A stretch of DNA of 64,000 nucleotides from contig CAZXQA010000001.1 of NCBI GenBank assembly GCA_964642835.1, forward strand, positions 68,219 to 132,218. The letters run 5' to 3'. The notes below the pieces were generated by a model, which saw only the letters and a program-made list of their open reading frames with translations, did no database searches and had not been told where the DNA came from. The stretch comes from an uncultured Candidatus Saccharibacteria bacterium (GTDB taxonomy: Bacteria; Patescibacteriota; Minisyncoccia; Phycocordibacterales; Zambryskibacteraceae). The translations under genes and the position numbers were made by a program. Below are positions 37,027-46,468 of this stretch, in pieces. Numbering within the stretch: the first letter of the stretch is position 1; each line of letters starts with the position of its first letter.

Positions 37027-37716
37027 ATGGATTTTGCCGCTTTTGAAGCCACCGCCGGGGTTACTTTCGCCAATAAGGCGCTTTTGAAGCAGGCCTTCAC
37101 GCATCGCTCGTACATCAACGAGAACCGTGACTCAGGTCTCGAACACAACGAACGCTTGGAGTTCTTGGGCGATGCCGTGCTCGAACTCGTCATCACGGAC
37201 TTCTTGTACGAGAAGATGAAGGATTCCGACGAGGGGACGCTGACCTCACTTCGCTCCGCTCTTGTGAACGCGGACACGTGTGCGAAGGTCGCGACGACGC
37301 TCGGCGTGAATGACTTCCTCCTTCTTTCGAAGGGCGAGAGTAAGGACACTGGTCGCGCTCGTCTCTACATTCTCGCGAACACACTCGAAGCCATTATCGG
37401 CGCTCTCTATCTTGACCAGAAGTATGAAGCGGCCAAGGCCTTTATTCTCGCTCATATCGCTCCCTTGGCCGATGAGATTATGGCAACGGGTGCCTGGATT
37501 GATGCGAAGTCACTTTTCCAAGAGAAGGCGCAGGAGAATCTCGGTCACACTCCTGTCTATAAAACAGTGAAGGAAGCCGGCCCCGACCACGACAAGCGCT
37601 TTACCGTGGCGGTTTCGGTGGCGGGTGCCACGTATGGCGAAGGTGAAGGGAAGAGTAAGCAAGATGCCGAACAGGCCGCCGCGCGTCAGGCTCTCGAAAA
37701 GCAGGGGTGGAAGTAG
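37027..37716 (+). CDS. rnc: ribonuclease III
   Basis: ERLEFLGDAVLELVITDFLY RNase III signature and a C-terminal dsRBD (GPDHDKRFTVAV...GEGKSKQDAEQAAARQALE). Confidence 0.9.
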   Translation: MDFAAFEATAGVTFANKALLKQAFTHRSYINENRDSGLEHNERLEFLGDAVLELVITDFLYEKMKDSDEGTLTSLRSALVNADTCAKVATTLGVNDFLLLSKGESKDTGRARLYILANTLEAIIGALYLDQKYEAAKAFILAHIAPLADEIMATGAWIDAKSLFQEKAQENLGHTPVYKTVKEAGPDHDKRFTVAVSVAGATYGEGEGKSKQDAEQAAARQALEKQGWK

Positions 37717-37748
37717 AATGCACCCTCACCTCACCCGGCTTTCAGCCA

Positions 37749-37782
37749 CCCTCTCCTAGGCGTTAGGAGAGGGTTTTAATTT
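37749..37782 (+). terminator. rho-independent terminator (first of two adjacent hairpins)
   Basis: CCCTCTCCTAggcgtTAGGAGAGGG followed by TTTTAATTT. A second hairpin CCCTTCTCCTtgcgtcTAGGAGAAGGG follows at about 37786-37812. Confidence 0.5.
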
Positions 37783-37860
37783 CTCCCTTCTCCTTGCGTC
37801 TAGGAGAAGGGTCGGGGATGAGGTCGGTGAGGAAGTAAGCTCGTGTTAAAATAATCTTTA

Positions 37861-40080
37861 ATGTATTTAAAGAGTATCGAAATCGCGGGGTTTAAGTCCT
37901 TCGCCAAGAAGAACGCCTTTTCTTTCAACACTCCTATTTCGGCCATCGTGGGACCGAACGGTTCAGGGAAGTCGAACGTGGCGGAATCCTTCCGCTTCGT
38001 CTTGGGCGAGCAAAGTATGAAGAGTATGCGTGGGAAGCGCGGCGAGGATCTCATCTGGAGCGGGTCACCCACCGAGCCACGCGGGAATCGAGCGAGCGTT
38101 AAAGTGGTTTTCAACAACGAGCAGCGCATCTTCGACCTCGACTTCCAAGAAGTACTGGTCGAACGCGTTGTTCATCGTGACGGCTTGAACGAGTACTTCA
38201 TTAACGGCTCATCCGTGCGCTTGAAGGATGTGCTCGAACTTCTGGCCAAAGCGCACATCGGCTCTTCCGGACACCACATTATTTCCCAGGGTGAAGCAGA
38301 CAAGATTATTTCCGCCACCCCGAAGGAGCGTAAGGCGATGGTGGAAGACGCCCTCGGTCTCAAGATTTATCAATACAAACGCGCTGAGTCTGAGCGTAAA
38401 CTCAAGAAGACGTTCGAGAATATCGGTCAGGTCGAAGGTTTGCGCAAAGAGATTGCCCCTCATCTTAGATTTCTTAAGAAACAAGTAGAGAAGCTCGAGA
38501 AGACGGAAAGTCTCCGTGCCGAACTTCTCTCGCTCGCGCACGAATATTTGAAGCGCGAGGAAGCCCATCTTACCGACACTAAGCACGCCCTTGAGTCGGA
38601 GCGCGCTCCTATCAAAGAAGCTCTCGCGAAGCTCGAGGAAGAACTCCTAGAGGCCAAAAAGACCCTTGCCGCCGCCGGGCAGAAAGAGAAGAAGGAATAC
38701 CTCATCCTCGAGCTCGAGAAGGGTCTCCACGCCGCTCGCGCCGAGAAGGACGCCCTTTCCCGTGAGTTGGGTAAGGTCGAGGGGCAGATCGAGATTCAGA
38801 GCGCCACGATCCGCCGACAGGAAGAGTTGGCCCGCTCTGACGAACACAAGACCGTGCCGCTGAAGGAGATCGAGGCTTTGTATAAAGAGATCGAAGGGGA
38901 GAAAGATGAACCAGGGATCTTCGCGCGCGTGAAGGCGAAGATCTTTGAGTTTATTAAGAGCCGCCGAGAGAGCGGACACGTAGCGGCCGTGGCTGAGGCC
39001 GCGCAGGCACTTGAGATGCTCCAGACGCAGAAGCTCGCGGCAGAGCAGAAGTTCCATGCCGCGCGTGAGCTCGAAGAGAAACATCGGAAAGATTACGAGG
39101 CTCTCAAGAGCGAAGTGGAGAAGGCCAAGGACTCCGACAACAGCGCGCAGATCGCCGTCTTTCGGATCATGAGCGAGGAGAATGAGCTCCACGCGAAGCT
39201 CAATCTCTTAACAATGCGAGAGGAGCAGCTCCAGGGTGATTCCCAAGCCTTCACGCGCGACGTCGAGGATCTCTCGCGCCTTCTCGGCGCCGAGGTGCTT
39301 CAGTTCCGCTCTCGTTCGCTCGAGGGAAAGGAAGAACGTAGTATCCAACTTGAGCGCAAGCGCACGCTTGAGAAGACGAAGATTCGCTTCGAAGACGCTT
39401 CGATCGCGGGTGGCGAAGAAATGCTCAAAGAGTTCCGGGAAACCTCTGAGCGTGACGAATTCCTTGCTCGCGAGCTCCTCGATCTTGAGAAGTCGGCCGA
39501 GAGCTTGAAGCATCTTATCGCCGACTTAGAAACGCGGCTCGCGACGGAGTTTGCCACCGGGCTTGCCAATATCAATAAAGAATTCGGGGTTCTCTTTACC
39601 AAAGTTTTCGATGGTGGGGAAGCGGAACTCGCTCTGGTGAAGGAAAGTGAGAAGAAGGTTGGAGAAGAGCCTGGCGACATCGAGAACGTCCCTGCTGAGA
39701 CCGAAGACTCAGGCGTATTAAAAGAAGAAGGATTGGAAATTAAGATTTCTCTCCCCCGAAAGAAGGTGAAGAGTCTCATGATGCTCTCGGGCGGCGAGCG
39801 AGCACTTACTTCGATTGCGCTTATCTTCGCGATTTCTGCCGTGAACCCGCCGCCCTTTATTATTCTCGACGAGACGGACGCGGCCCTCGACGAAGCGAAC
39901 TCCAAAAAGTACGGCGATATGATCGAAATTCTCGCCAAGTATTCCCAGCTCATTCTTATTACGCACAATCGCGAGACAATGAGCCGTGCGGGCGTGATCT
40001 ACGGCGTGACGATGGGTGGAAGCGGTATCTCCAAAGTGCTCTCGATCTCCTTTGACGAAGCAAGTGAGGTGGCGAAGTAA
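37861..40080 (+). CDS. smc: chromosome segregation SMC-like ATPase (short, 739 aa)
   Basis: N-terminal Walker A (IVGPNGSGKSNV), long coiled coils, and a C-terminal LSGGERALTSIALIFAI...ILDETDAALD (signature and Walker B). Confidence 0.85.
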   Translation: MYLKSIEIAGFKSFAKKNAFSFNTPISAIVGPNGSGKSNVAESFRFVLGEQSMKSMRGKRGEDLIWSGSPTEPRGNRASVKVVFNNEQRIFDLDFQEVLVERVVHRDGLNEYFINGSSVRLKDVLELLAKAHIGSSGHHIISQGEADKIISATPKERKAMVEDALGLKIYQYKRAESERKLKKTFENIGQVEGLRKEIAPHLRFLKKQVEKLEKTESLRAELLSLAHEYLKREEAHLTDTKHALESERAPIKEALAKLEEELLEAKKTLAAAGQKEKKEYLILELEKGLHAARAEKDALSRELGKVEGQIEIQSATIRRQEELARSDEHKTVPLKEIEALYKEIEGEKDEPGIFARVKAKIFEFIKSRRESGHVAAVAEAAQALEMLQTQKLAAEQKFHAARELEEKHRKDYEALKSEVEKAKDSDNSAQIAVFRIMSEENELHAKLNLLTMREEQLQGDSQAFTRDVEDLSRLLGAEVLQFRSRSLEGKEERSIQLERKRTLEKTKIRFEDASIAGGEEMLKEFRETSERDEFLARELLDLEKSAESLKHLIADLETRLATEFATGLANINKEFGVLFTKVFDGGEAELALVKESEKKVGEEPGDIENVPAETEDSGVLKEEGLEIKISLPRKKVKSLMMLSGGERALTSIALIFAISAVNPPPFIILDETDAALDEANSKKYGDMIEILAKYSQLILITHNRETMSRAGVIYGVTMGGSGISKVLSISFDEASEVAK

Positions 40081-40085
40081 TTTGT

Positions 40086-40116
40086 AAAAAGGCCGTCGCA
40101 GATGCGACGGCCTTTT
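40086..40116. terminator. bidirectional rho-independent terminator
   Basis: aaaaaGGCCGTCGCagatGCGACGGCCtttt. Confidence 0.55.
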
Positions 40117-40133
40117 CGGCAAAGAACAGGAAT

Positions 40134-40382
40134 TCAGGTGAATTCTGGATCGTCGAATTCTTCGTAGTCTCCATCCAAATCGACGATTTGGTAGAGGGAA
40201 GAAAGAGCGTCAGTTTCCCAAATGTCGGAGAGCGCGCAGAGCCCGGCCAGGAGAAAGATGATGAGAGATAATCCTCCTTCTCCAAATGCGAAGGCGCAAA
40301 TACCACACATGACGATAACGCAAGCCGATCCGAAGATCAAAGAACTTCTGATGGGTGGAATTCCGTTCAAAGAGTTTCTCAT
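40134..40382 (-). CDS. hypothetical small membrane protein
   Basis: 82 aa with two hydrophobic helices and an acidic C-terminus. Confidence 0.35.
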   Translation of the reverse strand: MRNSLNGIPPIRSSLIFGSACVIVMCGICAFAFGEGGLSLIIFLLAGLCALSDIWETDALSSLYQIVDLDGDYEEFDDPEFT

Positions 40383-40476
40383 GGGGGCACCTCTGGTACC
40401 ACCTTAGCATATGAGTAATAAGTAGCTATGCTTGCATTTCCCGCCATTTCTGGCAGATTGGTAGCGAGAGGTGCGC

Positions 40477-40593
40477 ATGGGTGAGCAGCTTGGACAGATG
40501 ATGGCGGATCCGGTTATCCGGGTCATTGGCGCCATGATCGTGGGCGTTGTGGTTCTGGGGACGTACGTCACCAGGAAGACAAAAAAGAGCTAG
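40477..40593 (+). CDS. putative small single-TM membrane peptide (38 aa), absent from the ORF track
   Basis: ATG with GAGAGGTG upstream. Encodes MGEQLGQMMADPVIRVIGAMIVGVVVLGTYVTRKTKKS. A terminator hairpin follows immediately. Confidence 0.3.
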   Translation: MGEQLGQMMADPVIRVIGAMIVGVVVLGTYVTRKTKKS

Positions 40594-40602
40594 TTTCTGA
40601 GA

Positions 40603-40629
40603 GTCCCGGGATTTCCCGGGACCTTTTTA
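40603..40629 (+). terminator. rho-independent terminator
   Basis: GTCCCGGGAtttcCCGGGAC followed by CTTTTTAT. Confidence 0.5.
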
Positions 40630-40636
40630 TAAAAAC

Positions 40637-40659
40637 CACCGGCGCAATAAGCGCCGGTG
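40637..40659 (-). terminator. rho-independent terminator for the 40665..40988 gene
   Basis: CACCGGCGCttattGCGCCGGTG hairpin followed on the minus strand by a T-rich run. Confidence 0.45.
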
Positions 40660-40664
40660 TAAGG

Positions 40665-40988
40665 TCAGATTTCTCGAAAGGAGCTGATTCGGACTTGAAT
40701 CCGAGCCTTGGGATGGAGAAGAGCTGTCGCTGTTTCTCGGAAGATCTCGTGGGTGTAAGTCGAGAGAAGACGGGCGAATGAGCTCGCAACTTCTTTCGGC
40801 GTGAACTCGGACACTTTGATTTCAATGTCGATTTCATCGCCGACCCCTTTGACCATCCGGTCGTGGGGGAAGAGAACGATCAGGTCATTCTCATCCAACA
40901 CGTTCATTTCGCTGATGGACCTTGCTGCTGCCAGAATCTTGTAGAAGTAATGCTCGAGTTCTGCTTCTCCCCATTCAAGCGGCAACAA
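40665..40988 (-). CDS. hypothetical protein
   Basis: 107-aa soluble ORF with a terminator downstream. No family recognised. Confidence 0.4.
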   Translation of the reverse strand: MLPLEWGEAELEHYFYKILAAARSISEMNVLDENDLIVLFPHDRMVKGVGDEIDIEIKVSEFTPKEVASSFARLLSTYTHEIFRETATALLHPKARIQVRISSFREI

Positions 40989-41063
40989 CGAGACTGTGAT
41001 AACAGGTTTCAGATTAATACCCTCCGTATTTAATAATGCTACTTTATATAAGTAGTGTCAAGT

Positions 41064-42992
41064 TTATATAAATGCGAAATCGAGGACCTTCTTTTCGAAG
41101 TCGGCGCTTACGAGCTTCACGCGAACCTTGTCGCCGAGTGAGTACTTCTTGCCAGTCGACTTACCGACGATGGCGTAGAGCTTCTCATTGAGTTCATAGA
41201 AGTCGTCCTTCATGTCGCGGAGCTTCACCATGCCTTCGGCCTTTGTATTCACCTCCTCGACATAGACGCCCCATTCGGAAACACCGGAGACGGTCGCGTC
41301 GAACTCTTCACCTACGCGCGTCGACATGTATTCCACCTGCTTGTATTTGATAGAGGCGCGCTCAGCTTCGGCAGCTTCGATTTCGCGTTCGGTTGAGGCG
41401 TCGCAGAGACGCTGGTACTTGAGAATTTCATCTTGCTCGACGGCACCCTGAGTGAGGAAGCGATAGAGGAGACGGTGCACCATGAGGTCGGGGTAGCGGC
41501 GAATCGGCGAGGTGAAGTGAGTATAGAACTCGAAGCCTAGGCCGAAGTGGCCGATGTTCATGGTGGAGTAGACGGCCTTGGACATGGCGCGGACGGCTGC
41601 GGTCTTAATGAGCGCTTCGGCGGGAGTGCCGGTGACGGATTTGAGCATCTCGGCAATGTCGGTCGCCTTGGTCTCGCCATGTTTGTTCTTGAGTTCGAAG
41701 CCCAAGGCCTTGACGAAGGTGGCGAGGTTCACGATCTTGTCGCGATCCGGCGCTTCGTGGATACGATAGACGAAGGCACTTCTCGTGTTCTTGCCGGTAT
41801 GAGCGTGCATGTATGTCGCCACTTCGCGGTTGGCGAGGAGCATGAAGTCCTCGACGAGCTTATGGATATCCTTGCGCTCCTTTTTGTAGACGCGGATGGG
41901 CTTGCCGTCCGAGTCGAGCTCGAACTTCACCTCATCGGATTCAAAGTCGATTGCGCCGTTCTTGAACTTCTCGACGCGCAGTTTCTTCGCGAGGGTGTCG
42001 AGGGTCTTTAACTCATCATAAAATTCGCCCGCGCCCGCGTCCAAGATATCTTGAGCATCTTCGTAGACGAAGCGCCTATCGGAGTTGATAAGAGTCTTGC
42101 CAAACCAACGCTCTTTGACCACGGCATCCTTGTCCATGGTGAACACGGCCGAGAAGGCGTACTTGTCTTCGTGTGGGTTGAGCGAGCAGAGGTCGTTCGA
42201 GAGCACTTCCGGCAGCATGGGGATAGTGCGGTCAACGAGGTAGATCGAGGTGCCGCGTTCGCGCGCTTCCTTGTCGAGCTCGGTGCCAGGGACCACAAAG
42301 TGAGAGACGTCAGCAATATGAACGCCGACCTCGTAGTCACCATTCTCGAGCTTCTTAAGCGAAATAGCGTCGTCGAAGTCCTTGGCGTCTAAGGGGTCGA
42401 TGGTGAAGGTGGTGGTAGCGCGGAAGTCCTTGCGGCCGTTCGCCAGGTGGTCTTCGTGTTCGAACTTCTGTTTCCAAGCAGCGGCTTCGGCATCGACGGC
42501 GGCCGGGAAGCCAACTTCAAATCCAGAATCATAGACGATAGCTTCCATCTCCGCGTTGTGTTCGCCCGCGCGACCGATGATGCGCACGAGTTTACCTCTC
42601 GGACTCTTGGCAGCGTCAGGCCATTCGGTGATCTGGGCCTGGACTTTATCGCCCGTTTTGGCGCCCGGGGCTTCCGCGAGGAAGATGTCTCGGTACATGC
42701 GCTTGTCGTCCGGGATGAGGAAGAAGCCTGAGCCAGCTTCCTCAAGCTTGCCGACGAAGTCCATCTTGCGGCGCTCGATAATCTCGGCTACTTTGGCGAG
42801 CTTCCTGCCGTACGGAGAGACGCGTTTGAGGTCCTCGACGCGGACCGTGTCCTTGTTGAGGGCGGTGTTCACGTATTCCGCGGGGATCTCGAAGTCTTCA
42901 TCCGAGTCAGGCATGGGGAAGTAGCCGACACCTTTGCCAGTGACGCGGATTGTGCCGATATAGGGGTTTTCGTTTTCTTGAATCATGTTCAT
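41064..42992 (-). CDS. rnr: ribonuclease R / RNase II family exoribonuclease
   Basis: RNB catalytic domain (FTIDPLDAKDFDDAISL...HIADVSHFV) and a C-terminal S1 domain. Start taken at MNMIQ; the track ORF is extended across two tRNA genes. Confidence 0.85.
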   Translation of the reverse strand: MNMIQENENPYIGTIRVTGKGVGYFPMPDSDEDFEIPAEYVNTALNKDTVRVEDLKRVSPYGRKLAKVAEIIERRKMDFVGKLEEAGSGFFLIPDDKRMYRDIFLAEAPGAKTGDKVQAQITEWPDAAKSPRGKLVRIIGRAGEHNAEMEAIVYDSGFEVGFPAAVDAEAAAWKQKFEHEDHLANGRKDFRATTTFTIDPLDAKDFDDAISLKKLENGDYEVGVHIADVSHFVVPGTELDKEARERGTSIYLVDRTIPMLPEVLSNDLCSLNPHEDKYAFSAVFTMDKDAVVKERWFGKTLINSDRRFVYEDAQDILDAGAGEFYDELKTLDTLAKKLRVEKFKNGAIDFESDEVKFELDSDGKPIRVYKKERKDIHKLVEDFMLLANREVATYMHAHTGKNTRSAFVYRIHEAPDRDKIVNLATFVKALGFELKNKHGETKATDIAEMLKSVTGTPAEALIKTAAVRAMSKAVYSTMNIGHFGLGFEFYTHFTSPIRRYPDLMVHRLLYRFLTQGAVEQDEILKYQRLCDASTEREIEAAEAERASIKYKQVEYMSTRVGEEFDATVSGVSEWGVYVEEVNTKAEGMVKLRDMKDDFYELNEKLYAIVGKSTGKKYSLGDKVRVKLVSADFEKKVLDFAFI

Positions 42993-42994
42993 AG

Positions 42995-43078
42995 TGCCCG
43001 GGGTGGGACTCGAACCCACATGACCTTGCGGTCGGGAAATTTTAAGTCTCCTGCGGCTACCAATTACGCCACCCGGGC
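42995..43078 (-). tRNA. tRNA-Leu(TAA)
   Basis: Manual fold: acceptor GCCCGGG/CCCGGGC, anticodon loop CTTAAAA, long variable arm, T-loop TTCGAGT. Confidence 0.8.
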
Positions 43079-43110
43079 GAATGCTGCCAAAAAAGCACGT
43101 CATGCTTTCT

Positions 43111-43186
43111 TGGAGGCGCAGAGGGGAATTGAACCCCTGCAATAACGGTTTTGCAGACCGTCGCGTTACCACTTCGCCACTGCGCC
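43111..43186 (-). tRNA. tRNA-Cys(GCA), encoded CCA
   Basis: Acceptor GGCGCAG/CTGCGCC, anticodon stem ACGGT/ACCGT, loop CTGCAAA, T-loop TTCAATT, 3' CCA. Confidence 0.8.
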
Positions 43187-43249
43187 GTTGCGTACTACTT
43201 TAGCATAATTGATTATTCCTTGCTTTTTTGGAATACTGTATCCCTGTAC

Positions 43250-43322
43250 GCGTCCATAGCTCAGCTGGTAGAGCAGGTCCCTCTTAAGGACAAGGTCGAA
43301 GGTTCGATCCCTTCTGGACGCA
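43250..43322 (+). tRNA. tRNA-Lys(CTT)
   Basis: Acceptor GCGTCCA/TGGACGC, D-loop AGCTGGTA, anticodon loop CTCTTAA, T-loop TTCGATC. Confidence 0.8.
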
Positions 43323-43332
43323 CAGGGTATGA

Positions 43333-43372
43333 GAAAAGGGCCGGCAAGACGATGAGTCTTGCCGGCCCTTTG
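43333..43372. terminator. bidirectional rho-independent terminator
   Basis: aaaaGGGCCGGCAAGACgatgaGTCTTGCCGGCCCttt, a 13-bp stem. Confidence 0.6.
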
Positions 43373-43379
43373 CGTGGCC

Positions 43380-43925
43380 TTACCGGAATCGCGAGGCGCA
43401 GAAGGCCCGGCAGTCCGTGTATACCTCCTCTTCACTGCGCGCACCATCAACTTGAAGGAAGCGATACGAGCGCCTCAAGATGGGCATGACCTCGGCAGCG
43501 TAGAGATTGTACTCTCTCAGACGCTCTTCGAGAGCCGCATCATCCATGCGTGGCCCCCGGCTAGTTTGCGCGACCTTGTTCCGGCGCGCCTCGATCTCCT
43601 TCTTCTTGAGATCGAGTTTGATGGCCAGGGCTTCAACGGTTGGGTCTAGTTTGTCGGCGACCCAGCTGAGTTGTGTCGCGGAGCGAGGGGTATTCAAAAC
43701 CAGCTCACTTGATTTCAGATGCTTCTTGAACAACTCGATCATCATCTGGTCCGGAGCCAGCTTACCTCCTTGGGTCAAGGTTCTGAACTTGGGCACGTGG
43801 GCTTCGAGAAGCCCGCTAGTGCTCACGTGCTCGAGGTTGAAGTCGGCGGCCAATCGTTTGCCGACCGTGTCTTTCCCCGAGAAGGGTGGCCCAAAGACTA
43901 CGACGATTTTCTTGATGAATCTCAC
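43380..43925 (-). CDS. nucleoside monophosphate kinase (adenylate kinase family, divergent)
   Basis: P-loop VVVFGPPFSGKDTVGKRLA (cf. adenylate kinase GPPGSGKGT). 181 aa, no lid zinc motif. Confidence 0.55.
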   Translation of the reverse strand: MRFIKKIVVVFGPPFSGKDTVGKRLAADFNLEHVSTSGLLEAHVPKFRTLTQGGKLAPDQMMIELFKKHLKSSELVLNTPRSATQLSWVADKLDPTVEALAIKLDLKKKEIEARRNKVAQTSRGPRMDDAALEERLREYNLYAAEVMPILRRSYRFLQVDGARSEEEVYTDCRAFCASRFR

Positions 43926-43994
43926 TATTTATCCTCCTAGAAAGATCTTGCCAGAGGACATCCTAGCAGAAAAAAGTTACTATGGCAGGTGTAT

Positions 43995-44078
43995 GGGCGG
44001 GTGGCGAAATTGGCAGACGCGCCAGCCTTAGGAGCTGGTCCTCGCAAGAGGGTGGAGGTTCAAGTCCTCTCCCGCCCA
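43995..44078 (+). tRNA. tRNA-Leu(TAG)
   Basis: Acceptor GGGCGGG/CCCGCCC, anticodon stem CCAGC/GCTGG, loop CTTAGGA, long variable arm, T-loop TTCAAGT. Confidence 0.8.
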
Positions 44079-44109
44079 CTAGGGTTCTGTTTGGTGATAC
44101 AATCTTTAC

Positions 44110-44727
44110 ATGTCTCACAGTAGATTAGATCAGCTCTCCGACGGTATTTTCGCCATCGTGATGACAGTGCTTGTGTTCGAAATCCGTCTTCCGGAAATTG
44201 GCATGGCGCCGAGCAATTTTGAACTCGGTGTCGCCTTGAAGAGTCTGACCCCCGCGCTGCTCTCTTACCTCCTTTCCTTCGCGCTCCTCTTTACCTACTG
44301 GCGCGCGCATCACTTCTTTGTTTCGGTATACGCGAAGAACGTGGATCTCATGCTCACGAACATTAATGCGCTCTTCTTCATGCTCGTGTCGCTCGTGCCC
44401 TTCTCGGCGAGTTTGCTCGGTCGGTATTATCACAACAGACTCTCCGTGGTCGTCTTTGGTATTCATATTATTCTTATCGGCCTCACCCTCTTCTGGATGC
44501 GCGGATATGTCTTCTACTCTGATCACATTAAGAATCCCGAAATTAGCCATCGAGAGATTCGCGGCTCTACCATCCGCACGATGGTGCCGGTCATTTTCGC
44601 GGTGATCGCCATTTGGATCTCTTCGAGAAACATCGACATCTCTCTCGCCGTCTTTACCTTGGCTGTCCTCTTCAACCTTTCCTCGGCGAGCGCGCGGATG
44701 TTTGATAAAATATTCAGGCTTTCCTAA
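44110..44727 (+). CDS. TMEM175/DUF1211 family membrane protein (putative K+ channel)
   Basis: N-terminal RLDQLSDGIFAIVMTVLVFEI matches the RxxxFSDGVFAIAITLLV hallmark. Six predicted TM helices. Confidence 0.65.
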   Translation: MSHSRLDQLSDGIFAIVMTVLVFEIRLPEIGMAPSNFELGVALKSLTPALLSYLLSFALLFTYWRAHHFFVSVYAKNVDLMLTNINALFFMLVSLVPFSASLLGRYYHNRLSVVVFGIHIILIGLTLFWMRGYVFYSDHIKNPEISHREIRGSTIRTMVPVIFAVIAIWISSRNIDISLAVFTLAVLFNLSSASARMFDKIFRLS

Positions 44728-44759
44728 GGGGAATAAAGTGCTGTACCATACAGGCTCGA

Positions 44760-44830
44760 GCGGCCATAGTTTAGTGGCAAAATGAGTGCTTCCCAAGCAT
44801 TAGATGGGAGTTCGATTCTCCCTGGCCGCA
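44760..44830 (+). tRNA. tRNA-Gly(CCC)
   Basis: Acceptor GCGGCCA/TGGCCGC, anticodon stem AGTGC/GCATT, loop TTCCCAA, T-loop TTCGATT. Confidence 0.75.
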
Positions 44831-44840
44831 CCGAAATGTT

Positions 44841-46394
44841 ATGAAAAGAGAGAAATTATTTTTCTTGAGTTTCGCTCTTCTCACCCTTCTTATCTACGGC
44901 CAATCGCTCTGGGGCACGTTTGTCTACGACGACCGGGGGATTCTTGAGCACCAGGAGCTTCTCGGTAAGGCCGAAAACTTGTTTAACGTGGCGGCCTACC
45001 CGTACTGGACCGAAGACGCGGGGTTGTATCGCCCCATCTCTCTCTTGAGTTACTGGGCGAACATCATGCTTCTCGGTGAGGGGGCGTGGGGATTCCATCT
45101 CGTCAATCTCCTCCTCTACATCGGGATTTGTTTCCTTTTGTATCTTCTCCTAAAGAATCTTTTCAAAGATGAGGGAATAGCTTTTCTCTCGGCGTTAATA
45201 TTTCTTATCCTGCCGATTCATACGGAGGTGGTGGCGAATATTACCGGAAGGCTCGAGCTCCTGGCTCTTTTCTTCTCACTCCTTACTCTCCGCGAGGCCA
45301 CTCAGGAGAATCCACGCTTCTGGCTCTCGGCACTCTGGATGTTTCTGGCTATTGGCTCGAAGGAAACGGCCATCGCCACCCTGCCGCTTTTGGGACTTAT
45401 CTTCCTCATGCGGAAGCAGAGAGTGATAAACGAAGCGACTCTCGGGGCTGGGTTTGGCGTGCTCGTATATCTTCTCCTGCGCTTCCTCGTTTTAGGGCCG
45501 GTACATTTCCTCGGGGTAGAGACGTCGCTTATCGAGAATCCACTTCTCTTTGCTTCCGCGCATGATCGCGTGGCGACGGCTCTCTCTATTCTCTGGATGT
45601 ATGTATCGAAGACCTTCTGGCCCGCGTCACTGTGTTCGGATTACTCCTTTAATCAGCTTCCGATCATCACGAGTTTCTGGCATGTCCGGGTACTTCTCGG
45701 ACTCGGTGTCCTCGGAGGAGGCGCGGCGGCAATATGGGTGTTCTGGCGACGCCGCGCTCCTCTGGCTCTCGCGGCCGGGTTCGTGTTCTTTGGTTTTGTG
45801 GTCGTCTCTAATATTCCGTTTCCGATTGGCACCATTGCTGGCGAGCGCCTCTTCTTTTTTGCATCGGTGGGAGTGGCAGTGCTGGTGGCGTACATATTTA
45901 ATCTCTACCTCGCCCCCTTGATAAGAGAGCAGAAAAGCATGCTTTTCTGGGGGATTTTGCTCCTCATCTATGTCGTTCTTTCCTTCCAGCGACAGGGCGT
46001 CTGGATGAGCGAAGAGAAACTCTTTACCAACGCAGGGGCCTGCGCGCCGCATAGCGTCCTTTCTCTTTCAAATCTTGGTACTGTGTACTACTTCCGCGGC
46101 GAGTACGCGATGGCGGAAAAGTATTTGCTCGAATCCAAGGCGATCCAGCCGATCTACTCCAAGGGGTTAAATAATTTAGGGCTCGTGTATTGGAAGCAAG
46201 GACGCTTGGAAGAGGCGGCGGATCTCTATCATCAAGCTCTATTGCAAAAGTATCCGTACCCTGGTGCTATCGAGAATTTACAAATTCTTTATTTGAGTAG
46301 CGGGAAGTACGACAAGGCGCGGGGCTGGCTTAATTTTACATATACTCCTGAAATAACTGAAGCTCTTATTGAACAAGCCAAACGTCTGAATTGA
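44841..46394 (+). CDS. membrane glycosyltransferase family 39-like protein with C-terminal TPR repeats
   Basis: About 12 TM helices (PMT/ArnT-like 4-amino-arabinose/mannosyltransferase topology) then TPR repeats (NLGTVYYFRGEYAMAEKYLLES...LNNLGLVYWKQGRLEEAADLYHQAL). Confidence 0.6.
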   Translation: MKREKLFFLSFALLTLLIYGQSLWGTFVYDDRGILEHQELLGKAENLFNVAAYPYWTEDAGLYRPISLLSYWANIMLLGEGAWGFHLVNLLLYIGICFLLYLLLKNLFKDEGIAFLSALIFLILPIHTEVVANITGRLELLALFFSLLTLREATQENPRFWLSALWMFLAIGSKETAIATLPLLGLIFLMRKQRVINEATLGAGFGVLVYLLLRFLVLGPVHFLGVETSLIENPLLFASAHDRVATALSILWMYVSKTFWPASLCSDYSFNQLPIITSFWHVRVLLGLGVLGGGAAAIWVFWRRRAPLALAAGFVFFGFVVVSNIPFPIGTIAGERLFFFASVGVAVLVAYIFNLYLAPLIREQKSMLFWGILLLIYVVLSFQRQGVWMSEEKLFTNAGACAPHSVLSLSNLGTVYYFRGEYAMAEKYLLESKAIQPIYSKGLNNLGLVYWKQGRLEEAADLYHQALLQKYPYPGAIENLQILYLSSGKYDKARGWLNFTYTPEITEALIEQAKRLN

Positions 46395-46468
46395 CGAATT
46401 GAGTACTGGGGCGTAGGGTGGTGCCAGACTAAGTATTCTGGTGAGTTTCAACACAAAAGGGAGAAGTC

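Noticed and set aside
37786-37812. Second hairpin after rnc as an independent regulatory element (for example a riboswitch)
   Set aside because: A simple GC hairpin (CCCTTCTCCT...AGGAGAAGGG) directly following the first terminator. Most parsimonious as a tandem terminator or RNase III-processed stem, not a ligand-binding RNA.
42993-43172. N-terminal extension of the rnr ORF across 42993..43172
   Set aside because: It would read through tRNA-Leu and tRNA-Cys genes. The internal MNMIQ start directly follows the tRNA, so the track ORF is 5'-extended. The same reasoning rejects the dedA extension over tRNA-Trp and the miaA extension over tRNA-Leu.
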